From positions 24,717 to 88,716 of the forward strand of contig NIVC01000929.1 of the NCBI GenBank assembly GCA_002269645.1: a DNA stretch of 64,000 nt, given 5' to 3'. The stretch comes from Macrostomum lignano. Taxonomy: Eukaryota. The translations under genes and the position numbers were made by a program. Below, in pieces: positions 13,561-26,205 of the stretch. Numbering within the stretch: the first letter of the stretch is position 1; each line of letters starts with the position of its first letter. Below the pieces are notes generated by a model. The model saw nothing but the letters and a program-made list of their open reading frames with translations, was not told the origin of the DNA and did no database searches.

Positions 13561-14489
13561 GCACTGAAAGAACTGATCTGACACTGCCTCCCATTGTGAA
13601 CTGTTACTCTTAACTCAACCTTGCCTTGTTGTTTTCTCTTCAGAATAATTTGCCCAGCTGCAAACTGTGATGGTGCATATCTCGTACTCGCGATTAAAAA
13701 ATCTTATACTTCTTACTGTTTCACTGATTTAATTCCGAACCAACCAGGAAAACAAATTTATTTTTAATTCCGTGCATTTTTCTTGTGCTTTACTTTTACT
13801 GATCGGTGTTAGTGCTATTTATTGTGTGTAATATTATCGAAAAATTCAATTTCCGATGTCATTATTTAGGAACTTCCGCTGTGCTGTATTAAAACTATAT
13901 AGTACTTCCGCATGCACTGACGTAGCATTGCGCCAATAATTTTACATTGCGTGACGCAGGCGCCTAAACCAATCTTTTGTTGAATGCTACTAGCATAATA
14001 ATCCTTTGAAATACATTGTATTGCTATACTGCATTGCTTTTGATGATCTAAACGAGACTAGCTAGACTCCTCACTGATCCATACGAGTATGCTCCTCAGT
14101 CCTCAAGCGAACTACGAGTATATGGAAACGAGAGCAGATTGAGCTAGCAGCAAACTTAGTATTTGATCTTCGGATCACGGATAGAATCAAGGAAATGTAG
14201 ATCTGGCACTTAAACAAAAGTCCTTGATTTAATGGAATACAGCAATTTTCAATCTGTCACTTTTTCAACTTCAACTTTTTTAAATTTGGATTGGCGCAAG
14301 TCTCCTTTACATCGTCAAAAGCAATACTGGTTCCAATCCAAGAGAATGATTTGTTGATAACTGTATTTCACTCTTTGAGCTGAACGCTGTGTTTGACCAT
14401 TATTTTGTTGGTGTACAGCGTGCAACAGATCGCATGAATTGGTAAATTTCCTTTCATCCTATAATTCTGGTAGGGGGCGCTGCTGTTGC

Positions 14490-16275
14490 AAAGAGCGGGG
14501 TGGATAGCGGAGCTGTTGCAGGAGCTGCGGCAGATAGCGGAACTGTTGCAGGAGCTGCGGCAGATAGCGGAGCTGTTGCAGGAGCTGCGGCAGATAGCGG
14601 AGCTGTTGCAGGAGCTGCGGCAGATAGCGGAGCTGTTGCAGGAGCTGCGGCAGATAGCGGAGCTGTTACAGGAGCTGCGGCAGATAGCGGAGCTGTTGCA
14701 GGAGCTGCGGCAGATAGCGGAGCTGTTGCAGGAGCTGCGGCAGATAGCGGAGCTGTTGCAGGAGCTGCGGCAGATAGCGGAACTGTTACAGGAGCTGCGG
14801 CAGATAGCGGAGCTGTTGCAGGAGCGGCGGCAGATAGCGGAGCTGTTGCAGGAGCTGCGGCAGATAGCGGAACTGTTACAGGAGCTGCGGCAGATAGCGG
14901 AGCTGTTGCAGGAGCGGCGGCAGATAGCGGAGCTGTTGCAGGAGCTGCGGCAGATAGCGGAGCTGTTGCAGGAGCTGCGGCAGATAGCGGAGCTGTTGCA
15001 GGAGCTGCGGCAGATAGCGGAACTGTTACAGGAGCTGCGGCAGATAGCGGAGCTGTTGCAGGAGCGGCGGCGGATAGCGGAGCTGTTGCAGGAGCTGCGG
15101 CAGATAGCGGAGCTGTTGCAGGAGCTGCGGCAGATAGCGGAGCTGTTGCAGGAGCTGCGGCAGATAGCGGAACTGTTGCAGGAGCTGCGGCAGATAGCGG
15201 AGCTGTTGCAGGAGCGGCGGCAGATAGCGGAGCTGTTGCAGGAGCTGCGGCAGATAGCGGAGCTGTTGCAGGAGCGGCGGCAGATAGCGGAGCTGTTGCA
15301 GGAGCTGCGGCAGATAGCGGAGCTGTTGCAGGAGCTGCGGCAGATAGCGGAGCTGTTGCAGGAGCTGCGGCAGATAGCGGAACTGTTACAGGAGCTGCGG
15401 CAGATAGCGGAGCTGTTGCAGGAGCGGCGGCAGATAGCGGAGCTGTTGCAGGAGCTGCGGCAGATAGCGGAGCTGTTGCAGGAGCGGCGGCAGATAGCGG
15501 AGCTGTTGCAGGAGCGGCGGCAGATAGCGGAGCTGTTGCAGGAGCTGCGGCAGATAGCGGAACTGTTACAGGAGCTGCGGCAGATAGCGGAGCTGTTGCA
15601 GGAGCTGCGGCAGATAGCGGAGCTGTTGCAGGAGCTGCGGCAGATAGCGGAGCTGTTGCAGGAGCGGCGGCAGATAGCGGAGCTGTTGCAGGAGCTGCGG
15701 CAGATAGCGGAGCTGTTGCAGGAGCTGCGGCAGATAGCGGAACTGTTACAGGAGCTGCGGCAGATAGCGGAGCTGTTGCAGGAGCGGCGGCAGATAGCGG
15801 AGCTGTTGCAGGAGCTGCGGCAGATAGCGGAGCTGTTGCAGGAGCGGCGGCAGATAGCGGAGCTGTTGCAGGAGCTGCGGCAGATAGCGGAGCTGTTGCA
15901 GGAGCTGCGGCAGATGGCGGAGCTGTTGCAGGAGCTGCGGCAGATAGCGGAGCTGTTACAGGAGCTGCGGCAGATAGCGGAGCTGTTGCAGGAGCTGCGG
16001 CAGATAGCGGAGCTGTTACAGGAGCTGCGGCAGATAGCGGAGCTGTTGCAGGAGCTGCGGCAGATAGCGGAGCTGTTGCAGGAGCTGCGGCAGATAGCGG
16101 AGCTCTTGCAGGAGCTGTTGCAGGAGCTGCGGCAGATAGCGGAGCTGTTACAGGAGCTGCGGCAGATAGCGGAGCTGTTGCAGGAGCTGCGGCAGATAGC
16201 GGAGCTCTTGCAGGAGCTGTTGCAGGAGCTGCGGCAGATAGCGGAGCTGTTACAGGAGCTGCGGCAGATAGCAGA
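14490..16275. repeat. 30-bp tandem array (GGAGCTGCGGCAGATAGCGGAGCTGTTGCA), about 59 units, left arm
   Basis: Visible, nearly homogeneous array. It is the source of the 600+ aa QELRQIAELL, AGAAADSGAV and SSAICRSSCN ORFs. Confidence 0.95.
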
Positions 16276-18439
16276 TTTACTCGTATCCCAAAAATATTCG
16301 CCTTTAAAATTGCATACAGTGTTTGAAAAAATCAATTGTGGAGTTTTAGATGCTTGAATCAATTTTGCTTAAGCCAGTGGCGTTTGCCGTACATGCCGTT
16401 CAATCTTTTTGTACATAAGGCCAAGCATAATTCTCAAATGGTAGATTTATCGCTTGGTTTCAAGTGCGTTAAGTCCTGTCACGAGTGCGCATAGCCTCCT
16501 CGCCTGTGTGGAGTTTTATTAGCCATTGATGAGGCTCCATGACCAGTAGCGCACTTGATCCAGTAATCTTTACGCACGAATTAAGGAATCTTAATAACGA
16601 ATAACCAATTAAGGAATTTATTTGCGAAGCTGTTTTCTGATTTAGACAAGCGTATAGACATTTAGAGGAATTGGAACTTACCATACTGCTAAGGAAAGGG
16701 AAAACAGCTTGTCTGCATGGAGTTCTCACAGGAAGCTGGAGTTTTACCATAAGACTATAAGAGATATACATGTAAAGAGTGGGGACTAAAATTTTGAGTT
16801 GGTCCAGGAAGAAGAGGTGACGAGAAGGACGACAAGAGCTGAAAATGTCTCTAACCACTACAGATCGACTAAGGCTTTAGACTGGCATGGAGTGACGGCG
16901 CTGGTTGATGAGCACTGGCTGTCTCCGGCGATTTTTTGACGAAGATCACAGGCAAACAATTCAAATAGACTTTTGGATTACCGGAGATTGATGGAGCTGG
17001 CTAAGAAGAAGCTGTACTGGTGGAGTTGACAAGAATATTTGCGCTCAGTAACTCGAGAAGACCAGCTGAATTGAAGGGACAAAGGGAGAAGATCGTTCTT
17101 TATTTGGGCCTCTTTTGGAAGCTTGCTTCTGCGCACATACAGCCATGACCTGACCTGAAGGACCTGACAAGATGTAAGAAAGGTCTACTAGCTACATTTA
17201 GATGCCGGCGTCAAATTCTCTACATAACAGCACCAACGGAACTTTGTTCCAGATAATGACCTGTGCCCCAACATTCTCAATGAGTGCCAGTCCAATCGCG
17301 TCTCCACCGAAGGAATCTCCATCTGAGATAACGCTACACTCCCGTAGCTATCGTATCACGCGATATATCCTCAATGACCACTGCTGGAACCCTGGGTGAG
17401 CTCCACTGCTACCACTGACGGTTCAAAGCAGTCAATCAACACCGGCTTTGATGTTGGGATCTTTCTGAACGGGAGGGTTTCGCAACCAACGCTCAGTACA
17501 CTGAGGTCAACTCCAGTGTTTTCCAAAATGAATTAGTTCTCGCCATCAGCTCCTGCACTGCAGAGCTTCTCGCCACTGGCGTAACCGGTAAGAGCATAAC
17601 CGAAACCGGCCTTGTAGACTTGGCATGGCATCTGTGGCTGCAGCGTCAATTCTAAAACATTCCTTGACATGTTGGGTTCCACCAACGAATTTACTCTTCA
17701 CTGGGTTCCGGGGCATGTGCAGGAGCGGTGGAAGATAGCAGAGCTGTTGCAAGGAGCCAGCGGTGGTAGATAGTGGAGCATGGCCAGCAGGGCGGGAGCG
17801 AAGAGTAGAAGTGGCAGGCTGCAGAAGCTTTTTGTTGTTTTGCATGGCTGCTAAACATGTAAATGCTGAAGTTAATTATGATAAATTGAGTACATGTGCG
17901 TGTGAGATGTGCTTTTTATTAGCCATAAACGGTATACAGTATGTACAGTACAGCTACATTAGCATACATATATATTGTAGTTCAATAACATTTTGACTCA
18001 AACGAGTCCGGCGTTCGAGTCACGACGATGTGCCATTTTTTTTAATTTATTTAGTCTCCAGACCACAAGTCCTCAAGGATACGGTACAGCTGATCAAGGG
18101 AAGCTGGCTGCTGCCTCTGGATGTCCCACTCGACCCAGTTCCATATATTCTATATCGGATTGAGGTCTGGTGACTGTGCTGGCCAGTCCATGGTGCGAAT
18201 GTTGTTCTCAGCTATGCTCGGCTATGCGCACTCGTGACAGGACTTAACGCACTTGAAACCAAGCGATAAATCTACCATTTGAGAATTATGCTTGGCCTTA
18301 TGTACAAAAAGATTGAACGGCATGTACGGCAAACGCCACTGGCTTAAGCAAAATTGATTCAAGCATCTAAAACTCCACAATTGATTTTTTCAAACACTGT
18401 ATGCAATTTTAAAGGCGAATATTTTTGGGATACGAGTAA

Positions 18440-19000
18440 ATCTGCTATCTGCCGCAGCTCCTGCAACAGCTCCGCTATCTGCCGCAGCTCCTGCAACAGC
18501 TCCGCTATCTGCCGCAGCTCATGCAACAGCTCCGCTATCTGCCGCAACTCCTGCAACAGCTCCGCTATCTGCCGCAGCTCCTGCAACAGCTCCGCTATCT
18601 GCCGCAGCTCCTGCAACAGCTCCGCTATCTGCCGCAGCTCCTGTAACAGCTCCGCTATCTGCCGCAGCTCCTGCAACAGCTCCGCTATCTGCCGCAGCTC
18701 CTGTAACAGCTCCGCTATCTGCCGCCGCTCCTGCAACAGCTCCGCTATCTGCCGCAGCTCCTGCAACAGCTCCGCTATCTGCCGCAGCTCCTGTAACAGC
18801 TCCGCTATCTGCCGCAGCTCCTGTAACAGTTCCGCTATCTGCCGCAGCTCCTGCAACAGCTCCGCTATCTGCCGCCGCTCCTGCAACAGCTCCGCTATCT
18901 GCCGCCGCTCCTGTAACAGCTCCGCTATCTGCCGCAGCTCCTGTAACAGCTCCGCTATCTGCCGCAGCTCCTGCAACAGCTCCGCTATCCACCCCGCTCT
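18440..19000. repeat. 30-bp tandem array, right arm (about 18 units)
   Basis: Visible TCCGCTATCTGCCGCAGCTCCTGCAACAGC units. Confidence 0.95.
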
Positions 19001-19929
19001 TTGCAACAGCAGCGCCCCCTACCAGAATTATAGGATGAAAGGAAATTTACCAATTCATGCGATCTGTTGCACGCTGTACACCAACAAAATAATGGTCAAA
19101 CACAGCGTTCAGCTCAAAGAGTGAAATACAGTTATCAACAAATCATTCTCTTGGATTGGAACCAGTATTGCTTTTGACGATGTAAAGGAGACTTGCGCCA
19201 ATCCAAATTTAAAAAAGTTGAAGTTGAAAAAGTGACAGATTGAAAATTGCTGTATTCCATTAAATCAAGGACTTTTGTTTAAGTGCCAGATCTACATTTC
19301 CTTGATTCTATCCGTGATCCGAAGATCAAATACTAAGTTTGCTGCTAGCTCAATCTGCTCTCGTTTCCATATACTCGTAGTTCGCTTGAGGACTGAGGAG
19401 CATACTCGTATGGATCAGTGAGGAGTCTAGCTAGTCTCGTTTAGATCATCAAAAGCAATGCAGTATAGCAATACAATGTATTTCAAAGGATTATTATGCT
19501 AGTAGCATTCAACAAAAGATTGGTTTAGGCGCCTGCGTCACGCAATGTAAAATTATTGGCGCAATGCTACGTCAGTGCATGCGGAAGTACTATATAGTTT
19601 TAATACAGCACAGCGGAAGTTCCTAAATAATGACATCGGAAATTGAATTTTTCGATAATATTACACACAATAAATAGCACTAACACCGATCAGTAAAAGT
19701 AAAGCACAAGAAAAATGCACGGAATTAAAAATAAATTTGTTTTCCTGGTTGGTTCGGAATTAAATCAGTGAAACAGTAAGAAGTATAAGATTTTTTAATC
19801 GCGAGTACGAGATATGCACCATTACAGTTTGCAGCTGGGCAAATTATTCTGAAGAGAAAACAACAAGGCAAGGTTGAGTTAAGAGTAACAGTTCACAATG
19901 GGAGGCAGTGTCAGATCAGTTCTTTCAGT

Positions 19930-20450
19930 GCTAACTCTCTGAAAGCGACAACAGCGTGCGCCTGGCCGATCACCCAGCGTCATCCAGCAGGCAATCCGCG
20001 TAGCGACCCGCCCGGCCGTAATCCCGGCGCCAGGGGCCCTGCATCGTGAGCAGCAGGACGTCCTGCACTGGTTCAATGGTTGAGAACAGTAGGCCTCCAC
20101 GCGGATGGTGTGGCCCACCAGCTGAAGTCTTCGCCTGCGGAAGGTCTCGCTGGGTAGTCGCAGCGAGGGTGCAACGAGGTAGAGCTGCTGCACAACCGTC
20201 GGGCGTCCCAGCAGGTGATTTTGATAGGCAGCTCCGCGGGTACAGTCATCACCTCGTCTTCTCGGTGTTGATGCCCGACCGATGCCGCAGCTGCCACCAG
20301 GCTGTCTAGCATGCGCTGGGGCTCCCACAGCCGTAGAGGCGGGCAGCGCCAGGTCGTCGGCGTAACCCAGGAGTGACAGCCGCTTCTTTGATTGGCGATT
20401 GGCGGCTGTTTGTTCGGTAGGAAGTAGAAAGCCGTACTCATCCTGTTGGC
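19930..20450 (-). mobile_element. LINE RT fragment, mirror copy in the right arm
   Basis: Reverse complement of 13040-13560; one visible SNP gives LREP versus LWEP. Confidence 0.85.
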
Positions 20451-20639
20451 AGGGCCCTCCGTAGCATTGTCTCCATTGCTTGGTTTGCTATTGTTAGGTT
20501 TTGCCTTGGCCTTATCTTTTTCTCCCCATCGAGGAGATTCTGAAGAGAGGAAGGAGAAATATTCGTTTTTACTTCTAAAACGGATAATTAAATTTAATTA
20601 ACAAAGCTACGAAAAAAGGGTGAGGCTGAAAAGGAGAAT

Positions 20640-22400
20640 AGGGTGGGGACTGCAGGGGCGAAGGGTGGGCCAGTAGGGGCGAAGATGTTCATGCTGGGGG
20701 AGGAGAGGGTGAGGCTGGAGGGGAGGAGAGGCTGAGCACTTGAGGGGAGGAGAGGCTGAGCACTCGAGGGGAGGAGAGGTTGGGGTTGGGGAAAGAAGGC
20801 GGTGGTGCTGGAAGGAAGGATGGGGCTAAAGGGTAAGAGGGTGGGGCTAGAGGGTAGAAGAGGATGGAAGCTGGAGGGGAGCGTGGGGCAGTAGGGGAAG
20901 AGGGCGGGGCTTGAGGGAAGGAGAGTCGGGCTGGAGGGAAGGAGGGTGGTGCTGCAGAGAAGGAGGGTAGGGCTGGAGGGAAGGAGGGTGGGGTGGGGCT
21001 GGAGGGAAGGAGAGTAGGGCTGGAGGGAAGGAGAGTGGGGCTAGAGGAAAGGAGAGCAGGGCTGGAGGGAAGGAGGGTGTGGCTGGAGGGAAGGAGTGTA
21101 GGGCTAGAGGGAGGGAGGGTGGGGCTGGAGCTAAGGCGAGTGGGGCTGGAGGGAAAGGGGGTAGGGTTAGAGGGAAGGATGGGGTGGAAGGGTAAGAGGG
21201 TGGGGCTAGAGGGTGGAAGAGGATGGAAGCTGGAGGGGAGCGTGGGGCAGTAGAGGAAGAGGGCGGGGCTTGAGGGAAGGAGAGTGGGGCTGGAGGGAAG
21301 GAGTGTCGGGCTGGAGGGAAGGAGGGTGGGGCTGGAGGGAAGGAGAGTGGGGCTGGAGGGAAGGAGGGTAGGGCTAGAGGGAAGGAGGGTGGGCTAGAGG
21401 AAGGCGAGTGGGGCTGGAGGGAAGGAGGGTAGGGCTAGAAGGAGGGAGGGTGGGTCCTGGAGGGAGGAGAGGGTGGAAGCTGGAAGGGAGGGTGGAAAGT
21501 CGAGGAGGAGGGCAGGGCTAGAGGGAAGGAGGGTGGGGATGGAGGGAAGGAGAGTGGGGCTGGAGGGAAGGAGGGTAGGGCTGGAGGGAAAGGGGGTAGG
21601 GTTAGAGGGAAGGATGGGGCTGAAGGGTAAGAGGGTGGGGCTAGAGGGTAGAAGAGGATGGAAGCTGGAGGGGAGCGTGGGGCAGTAGGGGAAGAGGGCA
21701 GGGCTTGAGGGAAGGAGAGTCGGGCTGGAGGGAAGGAGGGTGGGGCTGGAGGGAAGGAGAGTGGGGCTGGAGGGAAGGAGAGTGGGGCTGGAGGAAAGGA
21801 GGGTAGGGCTAGAGGGAAGGAGGGTAGGGCTAGAGGGAAGGAGGGTGGGCTAGAGGGTAGGAGGGTGGGGCTAGAGGGTAGGAGGGTGGTGCTGCAGAGA
21901 AGGAGGGTAGGGCTGGAGGGAAAGGGGGTAGGGTTAGAGGGAAGGATAGGGCTGAAGGGTTGGGCTAGAGGATAGAAGATGGAAGCTGGAGGGGAATGCG
22001 GGGTAGTAGGGGAAAAAGGTAGGGCTAGAAGGAAAGCAGGGTAGCAGGGAGGGAGGATAGGGCTGGAGGGAAGGAGGGTAGTGTTGCAGGGAGGGAGGGT
22101 AGGGCTGGAGAGAAGGAGGGTGGTGGTGCAGGGAAGGAGGGTAGGGCTTGAAAGGGAGGAGGGTGAGGCTAGAAAGAAGGATAAGACTGGAAGGTAGGAT
22201 GAGACTAGAGTGGAGGAGGATAGGGCTGGAAAGAAAAAAAGATGGGGCTAGAGGTTCAAAGAGGTTTAGGTGGGGCTGGAGGAAGAGGTGAGGCTAGGAG
22301 GGTTAGGCTGGAGAGGAGAAGAGAGTAAGGGCTAGAAATGAGGAAAGTAAGAACTAGAAAAGAGAAGGTAGGTAGTGAAGAGGAGAGAATAAGGATTCAA
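20640..22400. repeat. 21-bp polypurine minisatellite, right arm
   Basis: Mirror of 11150-12880. Confidence 0.9.
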
Positions 22401-24334
22401 GGGGAAGACATGATGGGGCTAAAATAAAGAAAGGAGTAATATTGGAAGGAAGAGGAGGTAAAGTTTTCAAAAAGAAAATAGGTCTAGAAAGAAGAACAGG
22501 ATATAGATAGAGGTTAGAGAGGAAGAAAAGGTCATGACTACTAGATAGATATCATGACTTACTTTATAATGGTAGTAAATAACTAGTTGCTAGTCTATGG
22601 TTTATGGCTTTAAGTTTATAATCTAATTTCTAAAATATTTTTTAATTTTGTGGAGAAATCTTATTTATCAAAATATTTAAAAAATGTGCATAATATTTCA
22701 ATATAGAATGTGCTCTATATTATCTTGTTTTATATTTCCATTTTTGATGCTTATAAAACAGAATTTATAATATTTGTTAGAAAAAATTAATATAAATATT
22801 ATAATACTTCTATTCCTATAGCCTTAGTAAATTGTATAAAATATAAGCTAATTAAATTAAATCAAAGAAGGACCAAATTAACTTTACATCCAAGAAAGAA
22901 AAAAGATGTTTATTAATACTATTATTAAGTCAAAAGAACATTTTAATAATATAACATAAAGGTAAAGGCTAGGCCTTATAACACAAAAGAAAAGAAAATA
23001 TTTTAGATTTAGGGCTACTAGTCAATAGAAGAAAATAATCAGTGAAATAGTAGGCTTTGTATTACTAAATGCAAAATTACTAGGCCTAGCTGCCTAGGTA
23101 GTTTTAAATTTAATCTATTGCCATTGACATTGGTAGAACAGTAGGTCCTAAATAAATCTGTAACAAAATGGCAATAGTAGTAAAATTTAATATTTAGGTC
23201 GAACAGCATAGCATAGGCCTAGCCGATTAGACCAAGAATAAGATAGCTAGGTAAGATGCGCAACTTCCTAGACTAGAACTAGCTACATTGGTCACTAGCC
23301 CTTTAAATTTTTGCTAATCCTGACGCAGGCTAATTATTTTAATAGCTAGCTAGAATGGAATTTGAATTATACAGTTTACCAACATCACCCGTGACAACTT
23401 CTACACGCGAGTACACGGAAGCCTTAAAATTCATAAAAATATGGGTACAAATACCTATCGACGGGTATTATCTGCCTTTAAGGAAAATGCTCTCAAGGAA
23501 AAGGCTAAAAAAAAAGGTTAAGGCTCTTGTGAAGAGGTATTTTTGAGCCTTACGTTGTGTCACGGGTGATACATCTTACTAATACATTTTCGTACACAAA
23601 ACATGTATTGACCGCTTCTGAAGCCGAAAAAAACGTGTCCTATTCTGCTACGTGTTTGTGACACTGATGTGGGGGGACTAACTACTGAATTCACCGGCAC
23701 TTGGGTTCACCGGATTTTTAACTTTATTTTTAAGGCTTAAAAATATATATAATCGATAGCGCAAGTAAAACTAGAGATGCGCCTAGATTTTTGGCTCTGC
23801 GCGTTGCCCCTGGACATCAGGAGGGCGATTTTTGTTATTTTTTTGGGGGGGGGGGGTGAAACCGGCGGTGAACCCAATAAATCCTTCCAGAGAGCTGAAA
23901 ACCTGTCATGCAATATTTCAAAGCAAAATATAGGCAGATTTCGACGTGCGCATAAAATTTCAGCGTTGCGCGTTGCTCCTGAACTGCAGGAGAACGTTTT
24001 TTGTTAAATTCCGGTGTTGAATGACTGCCGCTGAACTCCGCGGTGAACGAAATTAAGTGCGTTTCCCGAGTCGAAAAATAGTAAATTTTCCTATTAAAAA
24101 AGTTATCAAAGTAAAGTTTTATCACTTTCATCAGCATTTTTGCACTCCCTTTTGTGTTGACTGTTAAGCTATTTATTTTAATGCAAAGCGAAAACATTAA
24201 AAAAATATTTTGAACTGTGAGTCTTAAACCAGAATTATTTTAGCTCTGAACATACCTGCTATTCTAATTCAAAAGAATGGAAACGTGTTTTAAAATTTTA
24301 AATTAGTAATATATTTGAGGTTTACAATTCGAAG

Positions 24335-24945
24335 TTTTTCTCACGAATCAACCTCAACCAGTCGTATCTACAGCTGCCTCTGCACGATGACGCCAAGAAT
24401 CTGACCTGCTTCCACACCGAATTCGGCCTCTACCGTTTCAGACGCATGCCGTTCGGCATCAGCTCGGCTCCGGCGGCCTTCCAGAAGGTCGTCGGCAAGA
24501 TCCTCCAAGGCATCAGAGGCGTCGTTCACTATCAAGACGACATCGCTGTTCACGCCGGTACTGAAGCTGAGCACGAAAGTCGCGTACTTCAGGTACTGGA
24601 CAAGCTGCTGCAGCATCGAGTAACCGTCAACCTCAAGAAGTGCAACCTTCAAGGCGTCGGAGATCGAGTTCGTTGGACACCGCGTCAGCGCAGCGGGAAT
24701 TCAACCTCTTCAGTCGCACACCGAGTCCGTATCGGGACTCAAGGCACCCACCAATACGGCAGAGTTAGCCTCATTCCTTGGCTTTGCAAAGTTCTTCCAG
24801 TTCTACATCAAGAACCTGTCTCACGTCGCCGAGCCGCTGACAGCGCTCCTGCGCAAGGACACGCCATGGAACTGGGACGCAAAATGCGAGATGGCCTTCA
24901 GCGAAGCGAAGCGTCTCATCTCATCAGCACCGTGCCTCATCTCAT
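24335..24945 (+). pseudogene. Ty3/Gypsy reverse transcriptase fragment
   Basis: FSRINLNQSYLQL..GLYRFRRMPFGISSAPAAFQ..YQDDIAV..LKKC. After a 1-nt frameshift at ~24646: IEFVGH..ELASFLG..AEPLTALLRK..WNW..CEMAF. Confidence 0.9.
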
Positions 24946-24962
24946 CCTTCCCGCTTTCAGCT

Positions 24963-25886
24963 ATGGCGTCATCCGCCTCTTTCAACCCCGCTGAAGCCGG
25001 GGCCCCGGCAACTCCGGCCGGTGACTCTGGCACCAGCGCCGCCCCACCGGGGGCAGATGGGCTTGCCGCCGGCTCGGCCGGTGACATGCCCGCACGCGCA
25101 ACCGGGCCCTCCGCTGAAGCCCGACGCGCCCGCAACCAACGCCGCAACGAGCGGCGACGGCGACTGCGGGATACTGCGGGCCGACCACCGGCGGAGGGGA
25201 AACCTAGGGAGGACGAGGCTGCTGTTGGCCCGAAAGGAGCCACAGCAACTCCTGCCCCCAAGGATACAACCCCCGCTGGTGAGCTGGGGAACCGCCGCAC
25301 TAACTACGCCTCAAAGGTCAAGCTCCAACCGGCGGTCATCGTCTTCGGGGAAGAGCAAGACCTCACGGCCGACGAGCTCGACAGTGCCTGGCGCACCATC
25401 GATCTTCGCGAGCGAGCTTCTGCCAATGCTGAACTGGCCCAAGAAGCTCGGCAAGCTCGTCTGCGCCAGCGCTTTCGCGTCTGGATCCCGGCCGGCAGTG
25501 CCATTAAGTCCGGAGATCAGCTTAGGCAAATATTGCTAAAGCTGCACCCTGACCTTGAGGTCAACGGGCTCCTACACCACGCCGCTTCCCGCAAGGAGAA
25601 GGGGGCTACGGTGATCCTAGGGCTCTCTAATGACTGGGCTAAGCACTTGCCGCCTAAGTCCACAATCCATATTGGTCTGACTCAGCTGACCATTCTCCGT
25701 TGCGAGGAGCGGAAAGCTGATGAAGCCAAGAATGCCAAGGCTTCCGAAACCGAAACTGGGGCCAGGCTCCTCCGGCAAAGAAGCCGAGGCAAACGGCCGA
25801 TCCTATGCCCGGTAGGGCAGTTCGCGCTGCTGAAACCGGAAATCGCAATCGCAGACCCGCCAGGAGCACCCGGAGGTCCGGCCTGA
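24963..25886 (+). CDS. Ala/Pro-rich ORF resembling a non-LTR ORF1/gag-like (DUF4780-type) protein
   Basis: Open 307-codon frame with RFRVWIP...GATVILGL...IHIGLTQLTI, recalled as DUF4780-like. The ATG follows a pyrimidine tract plus CAG acceptor-like sequence. Confidence 0.5.
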   Translation: MASSASFNPAEAGAPATPAGDSGTSAAPPGADGLAAGSAGDMPARATGPSAEARRARNQRRNERRRRLRDTAGRPPAEGKPREDEAAVGPKGATATPAPKDTTPAGELGNRRTNYASKVKLQPAVIVFGEEQDLTADELDSAWRTIDLRERASANAELAQEARQARLRQRFRVWIPAGSAIKSGDQLRQILLKLHPDLEVNGLLHHAASRKEKGATVILGLSNDWAKHLPPKSTIHIGLTQLTILRCEERKADEAKNAKASETETGARLLRQRSRGKRPILCPVGQFALLKPEIAIADPPGAPGGPA

Positions 25887-26004
25887 TCCAGCGCGCGCTG
25901 GACCAGGCCAAGAACCTTCGTGCGCATCGTGAGCGGGCCCGCGCTTCTCGCGCTTCACCCCAACAGCCAGAAGGCCAGGCTGTAAGCTATCGAAGATATC
26001 GAAG

Positions 26005-26205
26005 ATGCTGTTCTTGATCTCGTCGTTGTCAGGTTTGCTGTAGTTGCAGCGCTTCACGAGCTGGCGTAGAGAACCCATGAACTGGTCGAAGTCCTCCGCT
26101 TCTCCTTGCATTCTGGTGCGCAGCTGATAGCTTTCAAATGTCTCGTTGGAGAGAGGCTGGCAGTAGACATCAAACTTCTTGATCAAATCCTCGTACTTTT
26201 TCACT
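26005..26205 (-). pseudogene. Ty3/Gypsy gag fragment
   Basis: KYEDLIKKFDVYCQPLSNETFESYQLRTRMQGEAEDFDQFMGSLRQLVKRCNY matches the common Gypsy gag pattern F..YC.P..N.T.E.Y....R.Q...E..D.F...LR.L...C. Confidence 0.8.

Larger units (their letters stand above)
9769..16496 (+). repeat. Left arm of a giant inverted repeat
   Basis: Begins GTGTCACAAACACGTAGC and ends ...GTGCGCATAGCC. It is the reverse complement of 18220-23664 wherever compared, apart from scattered SNPs and tandem copy number. Confidence 0.95.
18220..23664 (-). repeat. Right arm of the giant inverted repeat
   Basis: Reverse complement of 9769-16496. It is shorter mainly because the 30-bp array has about 18 units here. Confidence 0.95.

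Noticed and set aside
16497-17540. Apparent decayed plus-strand gene in the palindrome spacer
   Set aside because: Manual translation gave about 20 stops in ~350 codons, close to random expectation, and no recognisable motif.
14368-19124. Long ORFs of 200-660 aa (SSAICRSSCN, QELRQIAELL, AGAAADSGAV)
   Set aside because: They arise automatically from a stop-free 30-bp tandem unit and are open in several frames at once, with no unique domain or good start context. Not called as genes.
23835-24197. Duplicated 120-158-aa ORFs in the TIRs (also 26349-26825)
   Set aside because: AT-rich TIR sequence with no protein motif; the duplication only reflects the inverted repeat.
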